DNA of 51,520 nucleotides from NCBI GenBank assembly GCA_020536535.1, contig JAHLWZ010000286.1:1-51520 (forward strand). The letters run 5' to 3'. Positions 1-11,400 of the stretch are shown one piece after another. A model generated the notes under the pieces. That model did not search any database. It saw nothing but the letters and a program-made list of their open reading frames with translations, and was not told where the DNA came from. Each line of letters begins with the position of its first letter. Within the stretch, counting starts at the first letter, position 1. The stretch comes from Pelomyxa schiedti (taxonomy: Eukaryota > Protista > Evosea). A program made the translations under genes and the position numbers.

Positions 1-105
1 TACCAACTCACTCACTGCAATGCCGATGCGACCGACCACGCAGAAAATTGCTAGGCTGGCTGCACAAGGGAGGAGAAAGAGCCAAAAACGGGAAGAAAGA
101 ACCAT
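1..105 (-). CDS. Possible 5' end of a gene with a signal or TM N-terminus, running off the window edge
   Basis: ATG at 105 gives MVLSSRFWLFLLPCAASLAIFCVVGRIGIAVSELV, hydrophobic and open to the edge. No homology recognised. Confidence 0.25.
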   Translation of the reverse strand, partial: MVLSSRFWLFLLPCAASLAIFCVVGRIGIAVSELV

Positions 106-149
106 TTCAGTTTCTTTTCGGGGAAATGTGCTCCGCATGTTGTTACATT

Positions 150-1512
150 CTACAGTTTAAGTACAGGAATGGAGCATGCCCACACATAGTCAATAATCAT
201 CTGAAGGAGGGGAAGAGGAAGACAATTGAGCGGGCTGTTGCTGTCTTTCCACCCAATCAGCAGCGGTTTCAGCTCTTGGAAAGTGGGGAACCTCAATTTA
301 ATGCAAACCAAGGCTCTTGAGTTTCCCTGTGCTAGATAGACTTCATTGTCCCTACCCACAAAAAACCCCATGGGGTGAGGAACGGCCAAGTTTTTGACAA
401 TCTCGCAGTCTCCTGTTGCTGTGGAAAAATTTTTAGTAGTATACGAGAGATCAAGGGCACACCAATGCAATAAAATAGTATCATCTGGTTTCTAGGGTCA
501 GAGATAACAAATTGTCGCTCGTCAGAGGTAAATTTGATTGCAGTTAAACAGAAGGGCTCCAATCCTTCAAAGACAAATCTATGTAAAGTGGAAACTTGCC
601 CTTTGCATATTGATGTGACCACAGGCATGAAATGAATTATTTTTTTATTGCCAATTAGTTTTTGCACAAGCGTTTGGGGTTGGATACCTTGGGAAATCAT
701 ACGGATAGAGGCTGACCAAGTATCGGCAATAAAGAGGTTTCCATGAGAGTCAAATACTAGTCCACGAGGAGCTGAAAATGTAGCCAGTAAGCAAGGGCCA
801 TCACGGGACCCTTTTTCTCCAGTCCCTGCAAGAGTTGTAACCGTACCTGGATTGGGAAAAAGCCTGGTTATTGACAAAAGGTTGTAATTAAAGGGCAACT
901 AACCATCAGTTGTAACTCTTCTGATCCTATGATTTTCTACGTCACACACAATAAGGTCGCCACTTGCCGGCTCAATAGCAATTCCCCATGGGCGAAAGAA
1001 GGAAGCCTTAGCACCTCTTCCATCAGAAAAACCGTCAGTCCCATTTCCAGCCACAAGACTAACGTTCCCTAAACATTAATAAAGAACATTACATCAGGAG
1101 AGGAAAAATGGCCAAAGACAGCTAGCAACAGCTACACAAACACACCATTCTGTGACACCTTCCTAATGCAGTGATTCCCCTGCTCGGTGAGATAAACGGT
1201 CCCATCATTTGCCACCGCCACAGCGATAGGCCACTGAAAAGCAGCTCTTATCGCCGAACCTTGCTCGAACCCCCGCCGGCCCCCTACGAGAAGCACTTTG
1301 TCGCCCAGATCCACGGACGCCGTCTTGTGTCGTGGCCCACAATCCTTCCACGAGCCCTGCGGCACGGACCCAATATTTGGAGGGCCGGGGAAAAACCACA
1401 CGGCGTTCATCCGCCAGTCCGCAACCACAACTCGATTCCTGGGCGTATCGATGCACACGTCATACGGCACCTCGAATGAACGTCCTCCCAACATGGAAAC
1501 AAAGAGGCTCAT
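150..1512 (-). CDS. NHL-repeat (beta-propeller) protein, multi-exon
   Basis: Spliced repeats FQWPIAVAVANDGTVYLTEQGNHCIRKV, VSLVAGNGTDGFSDG..FFRPWGIAIEP..DVENHRIRRV and VTTLAGTGEKGSRDG..FSAPRGLVFDSHGNLFIADT. GT-AG introns join the ORF fragments. Confidence 0.85.
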
Positions 1513-1830
1513 CCTCGTCAACTCTCCAACTTGGTTCTCATTTGGTTTTAAATGTAATTGATTCTAGGAAATTGTCCCATCAGTGCACTCCAGAGTGGTT
1601 GCCGAATCCCGGCTGTAGGGACGAAGGAGTGTAGTGTACCAGGAATAAGAACTCGAGACAACAATAATCGGTGATACAATGGTGCTTGGAGTGATGGTGA
1701 CTCAGTACCAAGTCGTTTAATCTTTCGGAACTTGGGAATTTATCTTCAATAATTTAGTTAGGAATCGTTTTAGAAGCCATTCTATTTTCTAGTGGCAACC
1801 ACAAGTTAAAGTGGGCCCAAACAAGTTATT

Positions 1831-3428
1831 TCATATCTTCCTTTCAATGCGGGAAGGTTTTGGTAACACTGCAGAAAAGAGGTCTTGTAGTCGTGCTATC
1901 TCGTCTTGGGACTCTTTGGTAGAATCTAACCCGTCGTTCATGCAAGCACAGTGCGGAGAATTGCTCCACAACTAAAAAGGAGGTAAGTGATGTACGAAGT
2001 AGACTAGTGGGCGCATACTCGCTTCCAGAAAGCGTCATTGTTTGCTTTTGTGGGCGTCCAGGTTCCATACATTCCATGGACGTCAGTGGTTCTTACACCA
2101 CCGTATTCTTCCAAAGCCACAGCAGACTGTATGAAGGGAACCGCTGTATCATCGCCATTTCGAAACCGATGCGTTGAAGTACGATCAAACTCAGTTTTCC
2201 ATCTCGTATACATCACATCTAAGATCTGTGGGATTTTAATGTAAGATCCAGGAAAACCAGGAAAGAAGTTACATCTTTTCTCATGAAATAGCAAACGTGA
2301 CCAACATAACGGTGGGGAACGACCTTTGTTGCATTAGGGTAATAAAACCTGCGGTGATTTGAGATAAAAAGGCAGCACCATGTGTACTGTACTTGGAAAT
2401 AAGCTCATTGGATGTGCCAACACTTCGGTGCCACAAATTTGACCTCATTTTTTCTTCCATGGGAGCTATATAGCCCTCCGAAAGTACAAGCTTCTGTGCT
2501 CCACTGTGTGAGTCAATAAATCTGAACTTATCAATATCCTATTTGAAGGCTAAGTAGAACTCACTTACAGATCCTTCGATATGTAGTTGGCCAGAAACAT
2601 ATCATCGTTTCTAAATACGTAAGCTTTCAGTGCAAAACAAATTTAAAACACACAAATAAACAATACATGGAGCCAGTCCCGGAATTTTGTGTAGGTGGGC
2701 TTCAATGGCATTAGAATTGAATGTTGGGAGATCGCTCTTTCGAGGAAAAATCTTTCGTGGATGAGGGCATTTTTTGGGGGTGGAAAAAAAAAGATACTTC
2801 ATCATGTGTAATGAGACGGAAGTGAGGTGCACTGAGATTCACCCATGAAGGGACCTTTTCCAATATAATTATTCCATAGATAACTGAAAAAGCACAAACT
2901 TGGCCATTTGTGACCAGAACTATATCCCTTGCCCATGGCATAAATTTTTCTACAGATCGCATAGAGTATTTTAAAACACCTGGGCCATAGCGTAAGTAGG
3001 ACGAGTACATAGAGGAAGTGAACCGTATTCGCGGAATCCTGCATCCCATTTCCTGTTGAAGAGCTGACAACTGTCAGCGATAAAGCCACAACACATAAGT
3101 GTATTGAGGATAGTGTGACAGGCAAGTGAAAACGCACTTTCAGCGATGCTTGGTGAGCAGGATCACTGCCGTTGACCCAGGTGTAAACAACATCTACTGC
3201 AGTGCACACATCAGAAGGAGGAACCATGGCTATTCTGGGATCTTTGATAGGCGGGGGGTCATCTCCATCCATCAGCGCACTGTTGTGGGGCACTAGTTAC
3301 GCACACAACTCCGGAGTTTGTCACGCAATAGATAATGGCAGATCCACATACAACCACAAGATCCCATTCAGAAAAAACAGCACCACAGCGGCACATGCCG
3401 TGGCGTACAGCAGCGTCCGCCTCCTCAT
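1831..3428 (-). CDS. Stealth-family hexose-1-phosphate transferase (GNPTAB/CpsY-like), type II membrane protein
   Basis: CR1 [11 protein letters not shown]; CR2 [52 protein letters not shown]; CR4 CMND..PKPSRIE; N-terminal TM segment. Confidence 0.9.
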
Positions 3429-3760
3429 CACTGATATTATGATCTCTGACCTTCGCCTCGTCATCAACAAAAAGCCGCACAAGATCTCACACGCCGACTA
3501 CTTCGGATCCTTGGCCGCTTTCGATTATTAAGACCGAATCCAAGCAGGATTATTAATGCCAAGACTAATCTAGATCACTTGCACGCAATTGGGCTAGGTC
3601 TCAGAGTTCGATGAGTTTTGGTGTTCACGGAAGACACGAAACTTTGTTCCAAAAAAAAAAAAAACTGGCTTGTGTGGTGGTGCGTCGGGGAGCGGTTGGG
3701 TCTACGGGAGTGTTCCAAGTGGATTCATTGGGGGACAGTTGCTGTTCCGCGGCGGTGCTG

Positions 3761-5316
3761 ATGCCTCCGTTTGGCGGTGCTGCAATAGACGATTCCGTGA
3801 GAGCTTTTTTGTCGATGCCCAAACTTGAATCTTTTCCCCATATAGAAAATGTACCTTACCACCCATTGTGCTCGTCTTTGTTGGTGGCGTTCTTAAAATT
3901 GAAGCGTGCAGAGCACTGTGAACCTCTTTTTCGAGGTAGTTCGGATGACTTCCTCCGAGTTCACACTGGCAGCCTCAATTTACACCGTCAACTGAAAAAT
4001 AAGGTCGTATTCTAACAACCAAACCCAAAAAACTCAAGTACTCAGGTTAAAAAGTGCACATGCGGCAAGCCGAATGCGTTCACTCTTTCCAATTGCAATG
4101 CATGCGGTTCAGCACTTACTGAACTTCCCGTCTCTTATACCGACAATGTATTCACTGCATTTATGTATGGCTTGAGGGGGAAAGTATTCCATTTTTACGA
4201 ATGCCTGATAGATACGGTATTGAAAGAGGGCCTTACCCATTTTCAATATCTATTCGAAATCAAAACGAAAATTTCCTTATTTTCGATGATCTTCTCACAG
4301 TGTCTTCTTGCCACTTAAACACTATTCCCACCACAAGGTACGTATGGAAATAACGAAAGAGTCGTTCAAATTTAAAAAAAGAAGCAAAGCAAAAAATAGT
4401 ATAACAGATATATTCCAGACTGGAGATATCTTCTAAAACGTCCAAAAGAAGGACTTGCAATATTACAAGAGATGCGCTCCCTTTGTATTTCCGTTGTTCG
4501 GGAACAATTTTTAGCCAAGTTTGCAACCTCCATATCTTCAAAACAACCGACATCTATCTCATAGTGAAGCATTTCGGTCTTCACTTATCAATCCAATGTC
4601 CAACATAAGCGATGACGAACTCATTGAGCTTGCAGTCTGCGGCTTTAATTACCCTCCGTCACAGTATCAATTGCACCTTCAGTTTATTCTCCTCCCATAT
4701 CTTCCTTTCCAATTTCAGCTCTACTGTGCTGGGATACATTACTCGAGAAATCGTTGGTTCCCGTAAGTTACCCTTCCGTTCGAAACTTCTCCAACAAGTT
4801 TCTCAGGTATACTTACGTGGAACAAGTGCTGAAACTAAATGAGGTAATTTTACCAAAAGTACACCAATAACTCATTTTTGTACTAGGTTTACAACTTTGA
4901 TGAAAATACCCCCATTGAGAGTTTAATAAGTCACTTTCAAACAAGAGGAATTGATTACCACAGCATTTATACCCGTCTATACCAACAGTTGTCAAATACC
5001 TACTTTCACCACTCTTAACGTCTGCTAACCCTGTCCCAGGCTCACAACAACACAACAACGAGTTGCGAACTTTTCAGCAGACAAATTCCACGGCTTCGTT
5101 TGCAACGGTAAAGTCTACCGGTTTACCAACGGTGATCCAACAGCCAGTGCCGATGTGTTGCACTACACACTTTCGCCGCTGGAAAACGCCAAGGACACAG
5201 CAACAGAAGACAAGAAGCTGCTCCAAAATTATGGGAGGCCCTACTGCAACAACACCCCAACCACAACTTACTATAAATTCGCCAAACCAGGACCTTCAAA
5301 TGTGGAGGTGTGGTGA
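3761..5316 (+). CDS. HIT-superfamily-like protein with an N-terminal Cys zinc-ribbon and a variant QxHxQ motif
   Basis: Exons read KKCTCGKPNAFTLSNCNACG, FDDLL..CHLNTIPT..YIPDWRYLL, CGFNYPPSQYQLHLQFI (cf. GFHxPP-S-x-HLHLH of HINT3/DcpS/aprataxin) and end LQNYGRPY..YYKFAK..VEVW*. Start is 3761 or 3815. Confidence 0.65.
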
Positions 5317-5478
5317 TGGCAACAACCCTTAAATCCTTTTCGCGAAATTCACTCGTTTTCACGTTAGCCAAAAAAAAAAAAAAGCAAACTAAAAAACTTT
5401 CGTTGGTTGCAATAAAACCAAACAATTTTTTCGGCACCTCCTTGACTGACCCGCACCCCCCAGCAGCCGAGCCCCATA

Positions 5479-8400
5479 ATGACGGATCAGGGTGCCTCAG
5501 TAGAAGTGACTACAACCACTCCCGCCGCGTCGTTTCTCGACAACGCAGACCCCGGCGACGAGGCCGACATCGACGCCGAAGCCGCAGCAGCCGGTTCCGT
5601 GAAAAGAAAGCACAAGTTGCCTGCAAGTTTGCGTGCCGCGGGTGCCAAGTCTTCGTCGTCTTCATCTTCGTCAAAGAAAAAGAAAAAAGCAAAGAGATCG
5701 TCGTCATCTTCCTCTTCGGACAAGGAGGAACACGGGCAGAAGGAGATCTTGATACCACATAGAGATGTTATTTCGTCGTCGGCTACGGCCTCTACGACTT
5801 GCACAACGATTTCCGGTGTCGTTGTTCACGACGAGGAAGTGAATACCGGCGGCGGCGTTTTCATCACCGATACGGCTGCTGAGAGTGGCAAAGGAAAGAT
5901 CAGAGTCAGCACAAGCTCAAGGGTTTCATTTGCGGATGAGCACAGGTCACGGTCGCGGTCTCGGTCAAAGTCACCTTCTCGCTCCACGTCAAAATCCAGT
6001 TCTCGGTCACGTTCACCACTTCTGCCAACCGTGGAAGAACAGAGCAAATGTGGTGGCTTATTCAAAGATTTCACTGTGGTTGGGTTCTTGCTAAAAACCT
6101 TACTTCCGCTTGCTTTAGCATCTGGTTACATTTCTGTAACTACTCTCTTCCAGAAGTGACATTTTTCCCACTTCAGGGTTCTGCTTACGGGCAAATATAT
6201 TCTCACTAGTGTACCTACTTTCTTTCTTCTGGATTGTTGGAGTACCCCGCAGCAGCTACAGGACAAGGACATGTGTGCATCTCCCCCTTTTTTTTGCTCA
6301 CTGTGTTTACTCTTGATTGTTCCACAGGTGCAAGAGTTGTTACAATAGGACACTTGTTTTTGCTTTTAATCATATCTACGTGTTCCCTAATTGGACAGCT
6401 AATTTGGAATGTCACAGAGATGCCTGACACCAACGCTGCTCAGCTGTTTGGCTTTGTCGAGTGTGTATTGTGGTGCCTTACTTGCCTCACCTAAAAGCAG
6501 ATTTGATGGTGTTGCGATGGCTTGCCAACACCTTGTACCTGATATATTAGTTTTCATTATTTCCGCAGTAATCTTGGCTTTGATGGTCTCCCGCCTATCC
6601 AGGATGCCAACAGGTATTTACTTTTTCCCTTTGAGGTGACCTCAATGATTTTTTCCAGCTAAGACATCTCTACCCTTGTGGCGGGTTTATTTTATGTAGG
6701 AGAAGGATGATTTATGATTGTAGTTACACATTCCTATAGATTCGCGATGTTACTGTTTGCGGCACTTTTTGTACCATGCGTCCTCAACCTGGTTTATTTC
6801 GTCTTTGTGGGGACTTTGATTGTATTGGTTGCACTTCCTAAGTGTAGAGCATCAGTAGTCAGTACACTGTATGTCTCATGTTTCTAATTTCCATCATGTA
6901 TTCTCAAAATACATTAGTTTCATTTTTCCACTGATAGCTGTTTATTGTGCTGCACACATGATTATTCTCTTCTTGTTCCAAGTACCCAATACACCATGGG
7001 TTGATACCAGCGAGACCCGGTGGCTTGGATTTTCGTATAGAGATGAAATGTTATCTTGGGATATGTGGCCTTTCTGGTCATCCTATGCAGCAGTTATTCT
7101 ACTGTTTGTTGCTGTATGTGTTTTTTTGCCAGGGAGCAGGTGATTTCTTTCTTCTTTCAATATTGATTGGTCCTTCAGCTCTCCCCTGTATTTACGTGCT
7201 CAACACGATGGGCAAAGGATATTAAGTTCTTCCCAAATGTAACAAAGAAGTATGTTCCCACTTCTCCAGATTCATGTGTCCTAAAATTCTTTTTTCTACC
7301 TCTCCAAGGCAAAGATTGTGGGTGAAGAGATTTGGAATAAGGTATGGTTGGGGACTTTGCACGGTTATGTTGGGCATAGTCAGCATTGCAGTATACGGAA
7401 TAATTCCTTGGGTATCCTTAGTTGTAATGGCGATTGGTGCAATACTGCCTTGGAATTGGGCCGCAAAATCTTCCCTCCCGTCTTTGTTCTATTGGCTTCT
7501 CTACGTTTTTGGGCAGTACATCTATAACATTCCATTCCCCAAATTTTTGGCAGTTCTCGGCTCGGTATTTCTATTCTTCAACAACCTGCCCTTAACCAAG
7601 AATCGCTAGCCAAAGCAAGAGGTTTTGGAGGATTGGGGTTTCTGGATCTGGGACTCACAAGTTGTTGGAGGCTATTTATGTGTGTTACTCCACTTTCCCT
7701 TGAGATAAATAATGCCTTCTATAGTGCTGCAGGTTTCTCTTGTGATTTTTATGAGTTTGTATGTGCATGCATTCTTGAGTATTCCCTATGACAGACTTGG
7801 TATTGCAGTTGGTTAGTTTCTTTTCTCACCTTCTTAGTTCGAATTCTTGATAAGCAGAGTGCCACGTCATTGAACTCTGGGGAGGGTGCAGCTGAAACAA
7901 ATTCTGTGGTGGCAGAACAGCCCCCTGCCTTCCTTATAAAGCTGAAGAGGTCATTTCAGAAGCGTGCGTAACACCTTATATTTATGGGAGTACTTCTTAA
8001 GAGCTATAGTCCCAGCAAAACTTTTTGATCTTCTGCTGGAATACTCATACATACTAAGCTTAATTGTTCTTTACTTTGTGTGCCTCACTGGAGCAACTGT
8101 GTTCAATGCCGTTTACAGTGAGATTCACCTGTTAACATAGTTACCCTCTTACTCTGTGGCAGTGATTTTTTTTGTGATCTTTATTGTATCGCCTGCTGCT
8201 GCTTATCATGGCTGGATTGCTTTAGTTTTATATTCTGTTTTTGTCCCCCTATTGTTGTACATCTGGCAAATAAGTTAACATCTCCTCCTAAAAGATAAAC
8301 TGTAACCCCCTAATTCACAGATTGGACGGAGGGTGTCATTTCCGAAAATGCCGCAGAGATAATTGGTATTTTGGAAAAGTGTGGTTTGTGGAACCTACAC

Positions 8401-11400
8401 TTAGATTTCTTTAGGACTGGTTCATTTTGAGCAGCTTGACCCTGCTGAAGACCTTTGGGTGGGCTTGGGTATTCCTTTTCTCATAGCCTTGGTTGTCATG
8501 ATTCAACACGGAGTCCTTCTGGTGTGCAGGGGGTGGGAATACTGAACCTTTCTTTGTCTAACCACTTTGGTTTGCAGTTTAAGAAGACTCAAGTGAAAGG
8601 TTTTTATTGTGATTATTGTTTTACGTTGTCACACGAATTCAGAAATAGAAGAAAAAGCTGAAGAACCCCTTATTCCTCCTATTATATGGTCACTTCTCTT
8701 TTTCTCGTGTGTTGTTTATACACCTTAACCTCCCCAACAATGAATGCAGATTAAAGGAAAGCTTCTTATTAGTTTGTTGTGTTATTTTCTTCTTTGTTGG
8801 AATCTGTATCCCGTTTTCCGTTGTGTCCCTGACGTAAGAAATCTATTTACAGTCCCCTTATTCTAACGCAAGTCCTATGAAGGTACGTTTTTATAGCACT
8901 TGTGTGCTGCCTTCTCTACATGCATTTTAAACACGCCGATGCTATTCTTTTGCGCCTTTGGGTGGTGTTCGTGATAGTTTCTGCTGTCTTCTTTTCTGGT
9001 ATTTATGTCTATCAATTCGAGCCAGTCAGTACATGGCTTTATGACACATGGGAATCCTCTTGGATGGCAGAGTGTATGTGTAGCTTCTGAGCCACACCTA
9101 AACATATCTAGATATGACCCTTGAGGAGTTTGGGCTTGTCTTTTATGAGGACAATCTTTTTGTCAACCTTTTGCCTTTTGTATGCACTGGGTTGGATATT
9201 GCAACTTAATCACTTTTCCTCAGGTTGTTGTGCTTGTAGCCGCTGTTCTTCAACTCCGGATATTCTGGATGCCTTCTGTAGGTGTCTTGTACCATAATGC
9301 ACACTTACACTACTATCAGACGCCTGTTGATTGGGATGACAAGCACGCAATAACAGCTGAATCTATATATAACTGGATCTGTCGTGCTGTCTACCTATAT
9401 TCCCCCGTACTTACATTCTCTGTAACATCACTGGTACATTTCAATTTATCGAATGCCGCTAAAGGTTTCTAGGCCGTTCTTTATTTTGACACCTCTGTCG
9501 CTCATTTCTTACTTTTTTCTGTCTTACTTATTGGACTATATTGGGTTGATTACGTTATTCACGTTTTATTCTGGCTAGTAGCTGTATGTTCATTCCTTCT
9601 CATTTGGGAGTTTTAGTTTTCCCGTCCTTAATAAGTGGCTAGATTTTTATTCTACTCATTATGGGATGCCACTTTTCTTTTTGTGCAGACCTGTATTACG
9701 AGTCTGGGGATATTGTCGACTGGCTGGGGCTCAAGCGCGTCGATACATTCCCCGTTCCCTCCAATTCAATGTGTACGACACCTCGAAACAGTTTCAGTTT
9801 TCCCTCATTTCTCTGCAGTTTCACTTATTGAAGAATACATTTACGTTGGAGTTGTTGTTCTAATTCAAAGGTGGAGTTGCTTGTGGACAATGAAAAAAGA
9901 AAACCGTATTCAAGTTCGTTTCAGTCAAATATTTACTTCCAACAACTCACTGTGCTTTGTTGTTCCTGCAGAGCAACCAGAAAATTCCCAAAAGATATTT
10001 GTACTTCCTCTTTGATGTTGACTTTGAGTACGTTCCCCTTGATGACAGGCATTTCTCTCTTAAGAAGATCAAGTGGTTTCTTTCTTCTTGGGCTTCCTGC
10101 TGTGCTTACCAGGTCTGTCACCTACATGATTGTTAATATCCAATTCACAAATAGATTGCCTTTGCTGTATTATGTGTCGCCCTTTATTATCGTGCTGTCA
10201 CAATACTTGGAATTTTTTACCTGGGTGTTATTGTTCTTAGTGTGCAGCTACCCCGGCACCTTAACAATCGAAGTATTCTCAATTTCTTTTTTCCTCTCCA
10301 TTTCATTTGCTCTCTATCTAGGTGTTGGAACTATTCTTGCCCTGGTAGTGTTTTTCACTATATACAGCTATGGGTTTGTAGTGGGACTTCCTGAGGAGTA
10401 CGCTGTATACTGGGACTTAAAGGAAGAAATTTCTATATGGATACTCCTGGAGACTCCTTCTCCAACTGTTTTATTTGGTGACTCTTTCGTTCCTGCAAAA
10501 TCCACTAACTGCTGGTAGTGGATGTTGTGGTGGTATTTGTACTATGCCAGATCAAACAGCTTCCAACCTCTGAAGCACTGCCAAGTCAATACACCGATTT
10601 ATATGTCTTCCTTAGAACACCTCCAGGAAGTCATTTCCCCTCACCTCCAAGGTAGTTATCTTCTCTACTCTTTTCCCTCCCTAACAATTAATGTTTAGGA
10701 CATTTTTTGACTTTTTGAGATATGCTGTATTCAGGTGCAGTGCATTGGTTGTCCTATTGGCTATGTTCCTTGTTGGAACTGCCTCTGAGGACCTAATATC
10801 TGTATCTCTTCCTAGAATTTTTCGTTCTTTAACCTTTTTAGTTTATATACCTTGCTTTTTCCCTTTATCTTTTGATGTTTGGGGATTTCCTCTTCCAAGA
10901 AAAAATGAAGCTTTGGGATTTTGCCCGATTTACAACTGTTTTCCTCATATTTTCCCAGGTTACTTCCATGAATTTTTTAGGTCTAACCTTTCACAGTTAA
11001 TATTCCAACTGACACATGCGGCCATTGACCAAATTCATGACACAGCTTCAATTACACTACAACAAGTGGGTGCAGTTCTTGGGCTTGGGTGGATAGACTC
11101 TTCCCTGACGGGGATAGAGGCCTTGACTAATCAACTTGTCATTCTTGGACTTCTGTGTTACCAACACGTTTTGGTTTGAAGCTCTTACACATACATTCAC
11201 CCCAACACTAATCCCGTCCATTATAGGTTTCAGATTTTAGGGACGAATTGCATATTGTTGCAACTTATGTTGAGGGAGGTGCAGCACGTGCTTTTAATAA
11301 AGCCAAGGCACTAGCAGTTATTGAGGCACATGACAGAATAAATGATATTAAACAAATGTTTGCTGAAAAGATTACAAGAAGAGAGCGTGTTGCAGCTCGT

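Noticed and set aside
1560-1800. Possible tRNA/snRNA in the intergenic region
   Set aside because: No cloverleaf, T-loop or Sm-site arrangement could be supported by eye.
10802-10841. U12-type intron (GTATCTCTT donor, TCTTTAAC branch-like)
   Set aside because: The donor deviates from GTATCCTT, and YTAAC near the acceptor is common in this window's ordinary introns.
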